A stretch of DNA of 64,000 nucleotides from Phoronis australis (lineage: Eukaryota > Animalia > Phoronida), in assembly GCA_002633005.1 (NCBI GenBank), contig NMRA01000297.1:108737-172736 (forward strand). The letters are read 5' to 3'. Numbering within the stretch: the first letter of the stretch is position 1; every line of letters begins with the position of its first letter. The translations under genes and the position numbers were made by a program. Positions 24,351-35,612 of this stretch are shown here, in pieces. Under the pieces are notes generated by a model, which saw only the letters and a list, made by a program, of their open reading frames with translations, was not told where the DNA came from and did not search any database.

Positions 24351-24730
24351 GTAGGAAGGGACAGGGGACGGGTGTGTGGAGGTAAGGACAGGTGATGTGT
24401 GTATGGAGGTAGGAAGGGACAGGTGAAGTGTGTATGGAGGTAAGGACAAGTGATGTGTATGGAGGTAGAAAGGTACAGGTAATGAGTGTTTGCGGTGGGA
24501 AGGGACAGGTGACGGGTGAATGATGGCAGAAAGGGGCAACTTTGTGATGGGTTTATTGAGAAGTAGGAAGTGACAGGGGAAGTGTGTATGGAGGTAGGAA
24601 GGACAGGTGACGGGTGTGTGGAGGAAGACAGGGATAGGTGACGGTTGTGTGAAGATAGAACTTGACAGGTGACTGGTGTGTGGAGGTACAAAGGACAAGT
24701 GGCTGGTCTATGGGGGTAGAAAGGGACAAA
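24345..24730 (+). repeat. ~25-31 bp purine-rich minisatellite (~12 units) built from the exon end plus donor
   Basis: (T)ATGGAG|GTAGGAAGGGACAGGTGACGGGTGTG units. Confidence 0.9.
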
Positions 24731-24899
24731 TGAATTGAGAAATTCAGGTTTGGTAAGATTTTTCAAGGCAGGAATTCCCTTCATGAACATGATATATCTC
24801 TGAATCAATGACAAATCGTTATTACGCGAGAAGTAAAACATTTTCCAAACTCTCGGTTTTGCACCAATTAACCGTTTGTTTTACTTTTTCCAATTACAG

Positions 24900-25005
24900 T
24901 TTATAACAAGGTCGCACCGTACAGGCCGAGTGGCTCGTCATACCGCATGTTGGGAAACAACTCATTACGTCGTGATGGACGAAGCCGATATCGAAGCCAC
25001 TCTTG
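24900..25005 (+). CDS. PhyH-family exon (FITRSHRTGRVARHTACWETTHYVVMDEADIEATL)
   Basis: ttacag|...|gtacgt, phase 0/1; SH(R/K).G motif. Confidence 0.9.
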
Positions 25006-25391
25006 GTACGTTTATGAAGGTAGCGGAAGGTTTTTTAAGCCACTGAGGTTTTCAAAATCAATGAAAGTCTTTTCACCCCTTATCGAACTACAATAGCGAT
25101 CGATGCTGCAACTTTGACTCCAATTCTCTCGAAACTTTGCTTCGTATTTTGGACTTTGTGGATCAATATTGGTTTGTAGGAATTTGTCGCCGAGGATGTG
25201 CATTAAGAACACACTGCTGTGCACAGGGAGCCTTTCAGTGCACAGTTGCACGTTTATTTGTATTTCCTAGTGTTGAACTCTTTAATTTTGCAAATATGCA
25301 CACTTTAAGATCGCAGGCAACAATTAAGATCAAGTGTTTCCTACGTCTTACTGTTTTAACTTACCCTAGCAATATACACCATTTCTTTCAG

Positions 25392-25476
25392 ATGTCAGCG
25401 TCCAACGAGACAGAGTTGTGGTACCGGTTCCCTACGGCTCGATGATTCTGCTTAATAATTTGGTGGTGCACAGAAG
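25392..25476 (+). CDS. PhyH-family exon with the distal Fe-binding His (DVSVQRDRVVVPVPYGSMILLNNLVVHRS)
   Basis: tttcag|...|gtaata, phase 1/2. Confidence 0.92.
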
Positions 25477-26898
25477 GTAATAGCACATGGCGATGACATT
25501 CAAGTAATCGACTATAGTTTAGGCAATAGTTTCTTAAAAGTGTCAGAGACTTTGAGTCCCCTGTTGATGTCCATTATTCAGTAGAGAAAATGCAGGTCCC
25601 CTGTAAGCGCTAAATACTATAATTTTGACGAGGGTGTAGTTGGAACATTAAAGTACACCGCCATCTTGAGAGTGGATCGGGACTCTTTTGTGGGTGCCTC
25701 CACGAAAAAGTCATTGTTTGGTAAGGTTTTGTTACAAAAAACGCCCTTTTGTTGGATTATTTCTTGACACTTAGACAGGGATTCTTGGACAATTGTAAAA
25801 CAGTGCAAGAGGCGGTGTTGTGGTATTAAAAATGATTTTAAAAAACTTCTCCAACTAAACACTTTTAAAATAAAATGCTGTTAAAATCCCGATTTATCAG
25901 TTGGAAAAGCAACCTTTGGTTGATCTGTGAACTCCAAACAAGAACCCTTTTGCAGGCTGGGAATTTTGACAGAAAATGCATCTTCGCGTGGAAAGTAGCA
26001 GTGTAAATGTCAGCTTTCTGAACGGCAGGGTTCCGTATACTTCTTGTATGGTAGTACTCCGAGATTTGAACAGTAGGCCGTGTATAGGTGCGATGTCACA
26101 TTGCAATCGGGGATCTTGTCCAAGCTTCTACGCATAGAATAGCACCGTTTGAGAGATTGGAAGGAAAACTGCCGTGGAGTCTGTGCTCTCTTATAATGTT
26201 GATATTGAAGGTACTTCAAATCACCGGTAGAGCAAAGCAATTTTTGTCTCGTCATTGCATTATTTAAAAAATCACATCAATCCTATCTACGGTCCTACCA
26301 TAGGCAATCCTGGAAAAGCTAAATCGCATTTTACAATTATTTGCAGGGTTTAGAACTTAGTTCAAATCTTTTGCCGGGATTGTTACACGTATTACGTCAT
26401 GTAGAACACGTGAAACGCCAGTAAGATGGCGGAAGACGTTAAATCGCGGTTTAGTTGGTGGATCCCTTGAGAATTACTCAGCCCCAACGAGCAAACATAG
26501 AGAGGGCACGTTTGTAAAAAAGAATCAGAAAATATAAGTCATCTTTATTGACATTGTATCATGACGAAAACGTTCAAATGAGATAAACTTTATATGGCAT
26601 TATCCTGTATTGCATGATTTAAGGAAAAATTACAAAGCGGAGACACTGTCACACTATCGCACAGCTGAACAAAATTTAAGTAAATTGACCAACCGAAAAG
26701 CCATGTTGTTTAAAACGTCTATACTTGCATATTCATAACGGTATTGAGAGCAGAAATGCTAACCCTTTAATGTGTTACGTAAAAATGTAACTGTAAGCAA
26801 TAATTATTGTGTACAATAAATTAGTGATGACGAGAATAAAAACGTTTTGGTTTGTTTCTTTGAATATTTCACTTAGCTAGTGTTAAATTTAATATCAG

Positions 26899-27312
26899 GG
26901 CTCGGGGTTTTTGATCTTTTTACTTGAAATCGAACTCGAATTTATTTTGACATTTTCTATTATATTTGGTTATGAAGTCAACTCAAAGTAGGCCTAAATA
27001 TGCTAGAGTACAAACTGACTTACATGAATAGCTGACTAATACTAGTTTGCACTTGGTGACTCTAGTAATAAGCATAAAAGTTTGAGTCTAAACTCGAAAT
27101 TTTGAGTTTTACTCAAAATGTCAAGGTTTTACTGGAATTTGTGCTTCGAATATAGGAGTCATCAAGAACGAATTTGAACTAGAAACTTGCATACATACAA
27201 ACTATAATGTACCCGAGCACGGACTGACTTGTATCGTGAGTTCGCACAAAAATAGAATACAAATGCCACACATTATTTCGAGCTCGATTTCGAGCAAAAG
27301 ATTAGACCCCGG
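26899..27312. mobile_element. PIF/Harbinger-type MITE, older copy
   Basis: Homologous to 35212-35612 (CTCGAAATCGAACTCGAA...TTCGAGCAAAAGATTAGAC). Confidence 0.7.
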
Positions 27313-27573
27313 TGTCTGGTCTCGAAATCCACATTTTATGGGTACGCGCGCGGGCGTGTGTATTTGTGAATGTGTCAAATTCATGTTTGTACGTTATTTC
27401 TGGTAATAAAACGCATGGATTGAAAACAAATTGGAAACATCACTGTTTTAAATAAAACGAACTTAGACCTACTTAATGTTTAATAAAATGAAACCTGGAT
27501 GCTACCATGATATTTGATGTGAGCTTGACGGATATCTACAATCCCTCTCAACATTTAAGCTATTTTTCCTCAG

Positions 27574-27748
27574 CCTTCCAAACGTTTCGAAAGGGATTCG
27601 CTGGTCATTGGATTTTCGTTGGCAGACGCCGCATAAGCCGTGCGGGTTCCATGGCCTGAAAGACATGATTCTGTTCCGTTCATCGAAGGATCCAGATCAC
27701 GTGATCGATTGGAGTTCTTGCGACATCGATGGGCTTCCAGAAAATCCG
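27574..27748 (+). CDS. PhyH-family exon (LPNVSKGIRWSLDFRWQTPHKPCGFHGLKDMILFRSSKDPDHVIDW...)
   Basis: cctcag|...|gtacgt, phase 2/0; S.PN.S..IRWS.D.R motif with the 2OG-binding Arg. Confidence 0.93.
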
Positions 27749-28058
27749 GTACGTGTCGTCATTGTATGCATGCAATGTTATAGTAGAAAACGTGAATGGT
27801 TGTTGAATATGCTTCGACTTTTACATGTTTCAACGAAGATTTTGTAAAACCGAAAACAGATAATTTGTAAACAACAATAAATAGACTTTCGACATTTTAG
27901 ATCGGTCCCCTAAAGGAAAACCAGTGATAAAGCGAGGTCTCTTAAAAACTGTTTGTTTAAGTGTATATACTATATTCCTTTAACGATTCTTAATGATATT
28001 GCGTCCTAAAATCTTTAACACCAATTCATTTACTTGTTTTTCCCTGTCCTGCTTTTAG

Positions 28059-28178
28059 ACTGATGATGATTTTGACGACACTATCCAGGGACCTTGGATG
28101 ACTCGATGGGAGTTGACTCACCAAAACAAACACACGGAGAAACTAAGTGCAGGCGGCCGCACTCTCACGTGGCACTGA
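28059..28178 (+). CDS. PhyH-family terminal exon (TDDDFDDTIQGPWMTRWELTHQNKHTEKLSAGGRTLTWH*)
   Basis: ttttag| phase 0, 40 codons; the stop TGA is the first 3 nt of an inserted transposon. Confidence 0.88.
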   Translation, partial: TDDDFDDTIQGPWMTRWELTHQNKHTEKLSAGGRTLTWH

Positions 28179-29717
28179 AACGCCGTAAAATATAACAATT
28201 TCATAAAATGTAACAACTGTTACATTTTACGTCAGTGTTACGTTTTACCTTGATAAGCCTCTCCTGAAATGTGACAAGTTTTTACATTTTACGTAATTGT
28301 TACATTTTAAGTCGAATGCGCATGCTGGAAATGTTCCATTGTTACATTTTACGAAACTAACATCATATCGAAAAGTATGTGACCAAAATTACGAGCAAGT
28401 GGTATCTGAGACGGCCGGGGGAACTCGAGTATTTTTGGGCGAGAGGTGCCACCCAAAAATTTGGATACTTACCCATCTAGAGAGTGGGCTCGGACAAAAA
28501 AGTGACTATTTACAGATTGTGTGAAAATTCACATTTTCGCACAGTTGTGTTCCAGAAATTAAGAAAAGGTCTCCTTTTCGGTAGTATTTTGTTGAAACTG
28601 GCGCCTCTTTGGAGAGTGTGATTGTTATGAAAAACACCCTTTTCGGCGGCACTTTTCGTATACAATGTACCTCTTCAATAGAAATACCTTCCAGGCTGGC
28701 ATGACATGAATAAGGCTAACCATTAGTATTGCTATTAGTACTGTTATTACAGCGTGTGCTGTTTCAAAAGGAATTTAAAAAGACTCGCAGGTTCAACCTT
28801 AACAATATTGCGAGAATCGTCGTGATACCTGTGGATGCAGAGAAGTCTTCTTTTTGGAAACGAAAATGTTGAGATTTAAAATCTTATTTAGACGTGCTTC
28901 ATAAGAAAAGTGCCCGTACAGCGGTGACGTGTATTTTGTCAATAGATTTTTACAACTAAGGTGATTACACAGAACCTGTCGTATCAGAAACTTTGATCTC
29001 GCTCCTTTTCTGTGGAGTAGGGAAATTAACACATGAATTCAAGGTAAGAAAACAATGGCTGAAATAAATCAAACTATCGTGGACTAAAACGATTGGCTTT
29101 TCTATCAAATTGGCTTCCAAAATTGAATTCTCCGTGAAAAATTGTGTGGTAATTTTTCTCCGAAGAAATACGATGAATATTAGCTAAAAACGATGTTGTT
29201 GTTTTTGCTGTGTTTACCAAGGGAAGTCTGTTTACTGTAATGCCGGATACACAATTGGTTTATGACCTGTGAGCGCCAGCACAAGATTGCAAGAACGCTT
29301 TAACAATAACAAACTATTTACCTAATCCTGGAAACTCCTTTCATGTGGAGTTGTAACTGTCCGGGGCACATTTTTACTGTACCAACAAACTATTCATTTT
29401 AAAAACAATGGAAAGCTCATAGGGACACGTCTTTAAATTCGAGCTGCCACATTTGTCATAATTTCATTCGACCAATCCGAGAAAGAAGCCATTAAGCGTG
29501 TGAACCGTTTTCCTTCGTGTGACACAATGCAAACTCATGTCATACATATGACGTAGTTTTCGTAAAATGTAACGTTACATTTTCTGCATGTTCATTCTGC
29601 GGTAATTGTACCAGTACAAAAAATGGAACAACTTGTTACATTTTAGGAGAAGCTTAGCAACGTAAAATGTAACAATGTTGTTCCATTTATGAAGTTTTTA
29701 CATTTTACGGCTTATCA
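28176..29717. mobile_element. 1542-bp non-autonomous TIR element with TG...CA ends and 6-bp TSD TGGCAC
   Basis: Left end TGAAACGCCGTAAAAT, right end ATTTTACGGCTTATCA; multiple GTTACATTTTAC subterminal repeats; TSD at 28170-28175 and 29718-29723; empty site at paralog ~46787-46800. Confidence 0.9.
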
Positions 29718-29799
29718 TGGCACATGTGATCACACATATCTGCTCGTAATGCGCCTTATATGAGGGAACATAGATCACTTTTATGTGTAAAAGCAAATG

Positions 29800-29805
29800 A
29801 ATAAA
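29800..29805 (+). terminator. Probable ancestral polyA signal of the PhyH gene
   Basis: AATAAA followed by a GT-rich tract; conserved in the paralog at ~46868. Confidence 0.6.
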
Positions 29806-29974
29806 CTCTGTCACAGTTGTGTGTTGTTATTTGTTCAAAATGACGTGGTTCACTTCGCGTTAGCCCAGAACAAATCGTGAAAACAATATGCGGACTCGAA
29901 CATCAACACATTGGCATATGACTGATATGAGATCCCACATTTTACATAAGTACACGTAACTTCAACTATAATGG

Positions 29975-30345
29975 ATGTCGGCTGTTTGATTGTAAGTTTC
30001 TAAACAATAAATAGGCTTTGAAAATTTTAGGTCGTTTCCAGAAAAGAAATCGAGTAGTAAAACGTGGTCGTAAAAACTAGTGTTGTTTACAGATATGCGC
30101 CATATTCCTTAAATGATACCTAATGATTTTATGTCCTAACGAATATTAATAATTTGTTTACTTGTTTTTTCCTGTTCCGATTTTAGAATGACGATAATTT
30201 TTACGACACTATCCAAGGACCTCGGATGATACGATGGAGGTTGACTCACCATAATAAACACATGAAGATCGCACTCTCACGTAGCACAGTGATCACACAT
30301 TCGTATTGCGCCTGATATGGAAAAAGGTGGAGCAGTTTTATGGGC
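29975..30345 (+). other. Duplicate of the last intron end and last exon of the PhyH gene (exon copy 30187-30315)
   Basis: Homologous to 27865-28175 and the 3' UTR; intact acceptor; open frame NDDNFYDTIQGPRMIRWRLTHHNKH... Confidence 0.8.
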
Positions 30346-30524
30346 AATAGTAGTGGTGTTAGTAGAATTTATTTTCGCCAAATAGCTCTGCAAGATGTCA
30401 ATAGTGAATTTTCACACAATTCTAATCCATTTTAGTCAATAGCAAGGAATTTCCGAACGTCAAAGTATCCAGTGGCATAAAAATTATAATAGACTGAACT
30501 AAAGCTGATATACAGAATTTAATA

Positions 30525-30640
30525 GTATTAATGATAATAATAATGATAATAATAATAGTAATTGTACTAGTAATAGTAATAGTAATAGTGATAGTTATAA
30601 TAACAATAACAATAACAATAATTATAATAATGATAATGAT
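30525..30640. repeat. (ATA/GTAATA/ACAATA)n microsatellite
   Basis: Direct reading. Confidence 0.9.
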
Positions 30641-31069
30641 TTCTAAACTAACTAAAAACACACTGAGAAAGGCTAAATGTATGTAAAAAGTGGTAGAAAC
30701 ACTGCGCTCAGTTGAACAATTCAGCATACGCTACGCAGTTGTCCCGACCTTGCTATCATCAAACTTGGTGAAATGTTCGTTGACGTAGAGTATCAAGGGC
30801 AAATGCGCAACTTCCCTGGTGGACGAAAACAAGGTACCATTGTTGGGACAAAACTGGTTGAAAGTACTGCACCTTGACCTTGATTGGAAGAAAATTGGGA
30901 AGATGTATAGTTTTACAGCAACTGTCTGCTGTTGTCCAGAAATACAATGAATCACAAAACCGTAAAATACCGTTTTAATTGTCGATGTCAAATTTAGAGC
31001 ATGGACTCAAAATTTTGTAGGAAGTTGCGACTGGTGCCGAGTGCATTACGGCCAGTTGTGGAAGAAAAT

Positions 31070-31245
31070 ACCCTAACCCTAACACTAACCCTAACCCTAA
31101 CCCTAACCCTAACCCAAACCCAANNNNNNNNNNNNNNNNNNNNNNNNNNNNNNNNNNNAACCCTGACCCTGACCCTGACCCTACCCCTGACCCTGATCCT
31201 GACCCTGACCCTGACCCTGACCCTGACCCTAACCCTAACCCTAAC
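31070..31245. repeat. Interstitial telomere-like array (CCCTAA/CCCTGA)n containing an N gap (31124-31158)
   Basis: Direct reading. Confidence 0.9.
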
Positions 31246-31329
31246 ACGCAAATATTTTGAAATATTTCGTAGTAGTAGGTGGGCGTCAGTTTATTGTAGC
31301 ATCAAAGCCGACAAAATCATTTGAGTATG

Positions 31330-33400
31330 TGGAAATTATATGCAAATTGTCAATTGGCTTGTTGATGATGACATTTACCTTTTGCTGTCATCTCAGGATT
31401 TGTTCATTAGCCGAATATGACGAATTGGAAAACTAACCCTGCCGCTTCGGTTGCTTTGATCTCGCGCACATCTCAATTTCACCCAATTTTCTGCTATGGA
31501 AGTGTAGACAGACAGCATCATGCCGAGCGTGGACCTCCTATCTGGGTTTGGTTGGGTCGCGTTACAACATATCGAACTTGCCAGCCTTCACCGAGACATT
31601 GATTCTACTTATTTTTGTGTCAACGTTGAGTGAATTTGTGTTTATTACAAATAAATATCCGCAAATTGTTTATGAGGTATCAAAATTGTCTGAGTCTTAT
31701 CTAAAAATACGCCTCGCAAACAATAACATGAATCTGCTACCAAGCCTTTTGCGTATCAAATATGCGCCAACATTGTTTCAGGATGTGATAGATCAGATGT
31801 TAGGTGATATGGTACAAAGTATGGTTGTTGTTACCTTGGCGACACCTGACATGGAAAGTCATGTACAAGCTCTTGAAAAGATGTTAGGCCGACTCAACCA
31901 ATATGGTGCCTTGTTAAGTGTCATGTTGACGTAAGACGTTAGATAAGTGGAATACTTGTGCCGCCGATGGTGTTCATAGCACTGGCACGAAAAATAGAGA
32001 TTACACTACACCACAGAATGTGTTGGAATTGAGAACATATTTACATGTCACACACTACCATCACACCATCCGAATCATGCGTGCATCCAAGGGGGCTCGG
32101 GGGGCTCAAACCTGTCCCCCATTTGGCGAGGTGGACAAAAACGTCCGCCTCAGAGAAACAAAAAGTCAGAAAAAGAGACAAAAAGTCCACTAAAAAGGCA
32201 CAAACGCACAAATCACAGCTCTGGATGTGGTACCCCGTTTTTTTAGTCCTTCGGGTTTTTTGTCGGTAAAAGGTCCACATCGTCGGAAATACGAGCCCCC
32301 ATGTTAAGGCTGGGTGCGCGCATGCGAATTTAGCGTCAACGTTTCCTCAGTGTGAGAATTACTGCAGAAAAGACTCCTTAATTGGAAGTGGATGACAACA
32401 TGTGACGAAACAATTCAGAAGCTTAAAGATTATTTGTCAACTGGTGACCGTTTGTTTTCTCACCATGACACGTCACTACCATTGCGATTGGCTATGGATA
32501 CCTTACCTCATGGGTGGGAGTAGTGATTTCGGATATCGATGCTAACGATTTCCAGTGGCTACATGCCCTTCCAAGATATTTACAACAACTAATAAGAATT
32601 ACAGCCAGCTCGAAAGAGAGGCTCGAGGAATCGTGTAGGGGGTCAAAAAGTTCTACTCTACAAGTATGTGTATGATGGAAAGTTTCCTGTGGTGGCAATT
32701 TTCACACCGTCAAATGATGTTCCTGTTTTGTTAGCACTGCGGTTGCACACAATTATGATACAATATATAGGAAGTCGAAGGGCAATGCCAATGTGGACGT
32801 GTTATCACGGTTTCCAGACTAGAAAGTGTTTGATTCTGAGTTACCCGTTCATCACCTCGTTTGAGGATCTACCAGTTGAAAACTGCAAGGGAAGAATTAT
32901 CTGACTTCAATCGACGCTTATTTGAAATGGATTGACGCAATAGGAATGTGTAAAACTACAAAAAAGTAGGATCATTATGGATCGAGACGCGTCGTCTGTT
33001 TGTATCCTGTGGTTTACCTGAGGAACATTTCAGTGAGTGACGAGTTTGAACAGTTTATGAAACAAGCACATTCTCGGGGCTCACTATCACCTTGTATCAA
33101 ATAGCGCCGCGGAAAAACCAGTTCATGTTGTAATCAAGCACTGTGAAAACATTTGATTGAAGAGAAGACAACAGGAAGACAACGATGCTCATCAAACGTT
33201 ATCATACAGAATCTAATGCCCAGGACTCGTCTTCCGAAGACGAATCTACGTCTAAGAAAAAAAAGTTACAGCAAAAGACCAGTCGTGACAGAAAGTTCTC
33301 ACAAGGTGTACCAGTTGTCGAATGACAAATTGTATTAATGACTAAAAAATCGTCCACTAAGTCTACGTGTCGTAACACTCGAGCTGGGCCGGTGTCGAGG
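31330..33400 (+). mobile_element. Decayed Gypsy LTR retrotransposon (LTR-like part plus pol fragments)
   Basis: LTR-like end GTTACAACA (~31569); RT fragments APTLFQDVIDQML and HVQALEKMLGRL; RNase H-region W...C...QKLKDYL and HDTSLPLRLA; integrase-like IDAY.KWIDA; many stops. Confidence 0.72.
32076..32324. mobile_element. MITE with CATGCG(C)GCA(C)CCA TIR nested in the Gypsy relic
   Basis: 5-bp TSD CGAAT at 32071-32075 and 32325-32329; inverted homolog at 40784-40999. Confidence 0.8.
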
Positions 33401-33654
33401 GCCTGGAATCACTCACCCTAGAATGGAAGCAGTTTGTTCATTATTCATAAAATTTTAAAATTCACTTTACAAAGTGGCAAATCCTTCATCGTAACTCCGC
33501 TCTTGTGTTTGGTCAAAGCACGATATTCCTTGAAATGTGCCGAACAAAGTGTGGCTCTCGACTGAATCACACGTTCCACACTGACATTCCACGCTCTCGT
33601 ACGGCGTTCGAACGAATGCCATTTCTGTGCAACTTTCACGGATTGTACTAAAAT

Positions 33655-34472
33655 CCTCGATCCTCTCGACCCACGACCCCTTCGACCCACAACCTCCTGG
33701 ACCGACAACCCCCTCTACCCACAACACCCTCGACTCATGACTCACGACGCCCTCGACCCATGACCTGTGACAGTAGAGGTATCGGTGCGCTTTTCACATA
33801 TTTGATAATCTTATTACGTCCCTGAGCGACTTTCCAATGAGACATACCTACACGCGAGTCTGCTCTGGCTGAAGTCTAGTGATTGAAAGCAGAACGTGGC
33901 GTGAGAACGCCGGTGGTTTCGAATAACGCATTGTGAGCACGCTATTGTTGACACGGAAATAGTTCCAGGAGCGGCTATCAATGACACAGTTCTAATAAAC
34001 TTAGGGTGAGTGTACGTTAACCTGAATGTACATGATTTCATAGTTTTATTAATTGATTTATGTACTCTTTTACAATATACTCCATATAACGTTGAAATAC
34101 TTTTTAGTTAACAGTTTGTTTTTTTCAAACTGTATTTACTGGTGAAATTGCAGTTTTGTCAGTTCCTCGCAATTCACTGAAGAGCAGACGAGACGATTAC
34201 ACTCTGCCGAGAACGACATTTGTAGGGTTGGTAGGTCTTTGATTTGATTTGGTCGCGTTGTTTTTCTGTTTTTGGCTTTCAAACTTGCCGAATCTTAATT
34301 GCAGGAAAAGCCAGCCGAACTCACGGCCCAACTCATTGGTCCTACAAGCCAGCCCTTGTTCTATGTTCAGATCGCCGGAGTCCAGCTTGTGTAGACTGGG
34401 TCGATGGGGTTGTAGGTCGTGGGTCGAGGGGGTCGAGGGTCATGGCTAGATGGGGTTGTGGGTCGAGGGGGT
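33655..34472. mobile_element. Element with inverted arrays of CCTCGACCCAC(A/G)AC subrepeats at both ends
   Basis: 33655-33766 is inverted relative to 34398-34472; outer termini not defined. Confidence 0.55.
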
Positions 34473-35211
34473 TTCAGAAAAATCCCCTTTTCATGCCTGA
34501 AAAAGGTGGCTCTTCGCGGACTTTCCTCACAATTCCTCAGTATCTCACTGGTAAAAACAACGGCGGAGACGGTCTTCCATCCATTACGTACAACCCCGAT
34601 AACAGAAAATTGCTTTTTAAAAATGTTTGGCTTGTTTCTTAGCAACAGGTATACTAAAGGCTATTAAGTCTCTTGAGATGTATTAATAAAATTCTATTTG
34701 AGGCACAGGGTCACGGTGGGAACTCTTTAAAGTAGGGACAAATTATCAGTATGACGTAAACATTTGTATACCCGTATATTGATACCAAGGATTAAACAAG
34801 ATCACCAATATATCAAATAAGTGGATTTTTGACTACTACGAACGACATAACATCATAACTGGACTGAGGTCTAGCAGAACACAATTCCTCCATTTTGCAG
34901 TCAACCCTTCAGGAGAACGAAGGTTCGACAACTTCAATTCGCTTCCTTGTAGTGTAAAAATAAGAGCTCGATTTCCTTCTTGAAAAATAACTCTAAACGC
35001 ATTTTTTCTAGCTAAGAATTAAGAACAACTCAAGAAAAATTTCTCGCCTCACAACAAAATTCAAGGAGCGGTTTGTTTTTTATATACCGGCAACGTCAGG
35101 CACAACTTTTAAATATCTCTCCAAACAGAGGCCTTCAACAAATGTTCCACCACAGTGATTTATAAACCGGCCAGGGTACCAGAGCTTTTTTGGGCATGAA
35201 AAGGTAACCAG

Positions 35212-35612
35212 GGCCCGGTCTCTAATCTTTGTACTCGAAACGAACTCGAAACTATTTTTGGCAATTTCTCTGCTCCTTTTGTGCGAACTTAAGATAATTG
35301 GTTATCAGACTGTGCTCGAATACATTATAGTTTATGCATAGGAGTTTCTAGTTCAAGTTTGCCCTTGAAGACCCTTATATTCGTGCTACAAACTCGAGTA
35401 AAAACTCGAAATTTCGAGTTCAAACTCGAACTTATTGATTTAATATTGGGTTTACAAACTGTGAACTAAGGGCAATAAATTATCTACGTAAGTTATTGTG
35501 TACTCGAGCATAGAATAATAGACACTTATCTTGAGTTCGCCCAAAAGTAGAGTTGAAAATGCCAAACCTAATTTCGAGTTCCATTTCGAGTAAAAAGATT
35601 GGAGACCGGGCC
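35212..35612. mobile_element. PIF/Harbinger-type MITE nested in the foldback left arm
   Basis: TIR GGCCCGGTCTC; 3-bp TSD CAG at 35209-35211 and 35613-35615; absent from the right arm. Confidence 0.88.

Noticed and set aside
24281-24841. 186-aa and 135-aa minus-strand ORFs
   Set aside because: Low-complexity translations of the donor-derived minisatellite, antisense to a real exon
30422-31324. Poly-I/T, poly-GS, poly-RV and poly-TL ORFs
   Set aside because: Translations of microsatellite and telomere-like repeats, partly across an N gap
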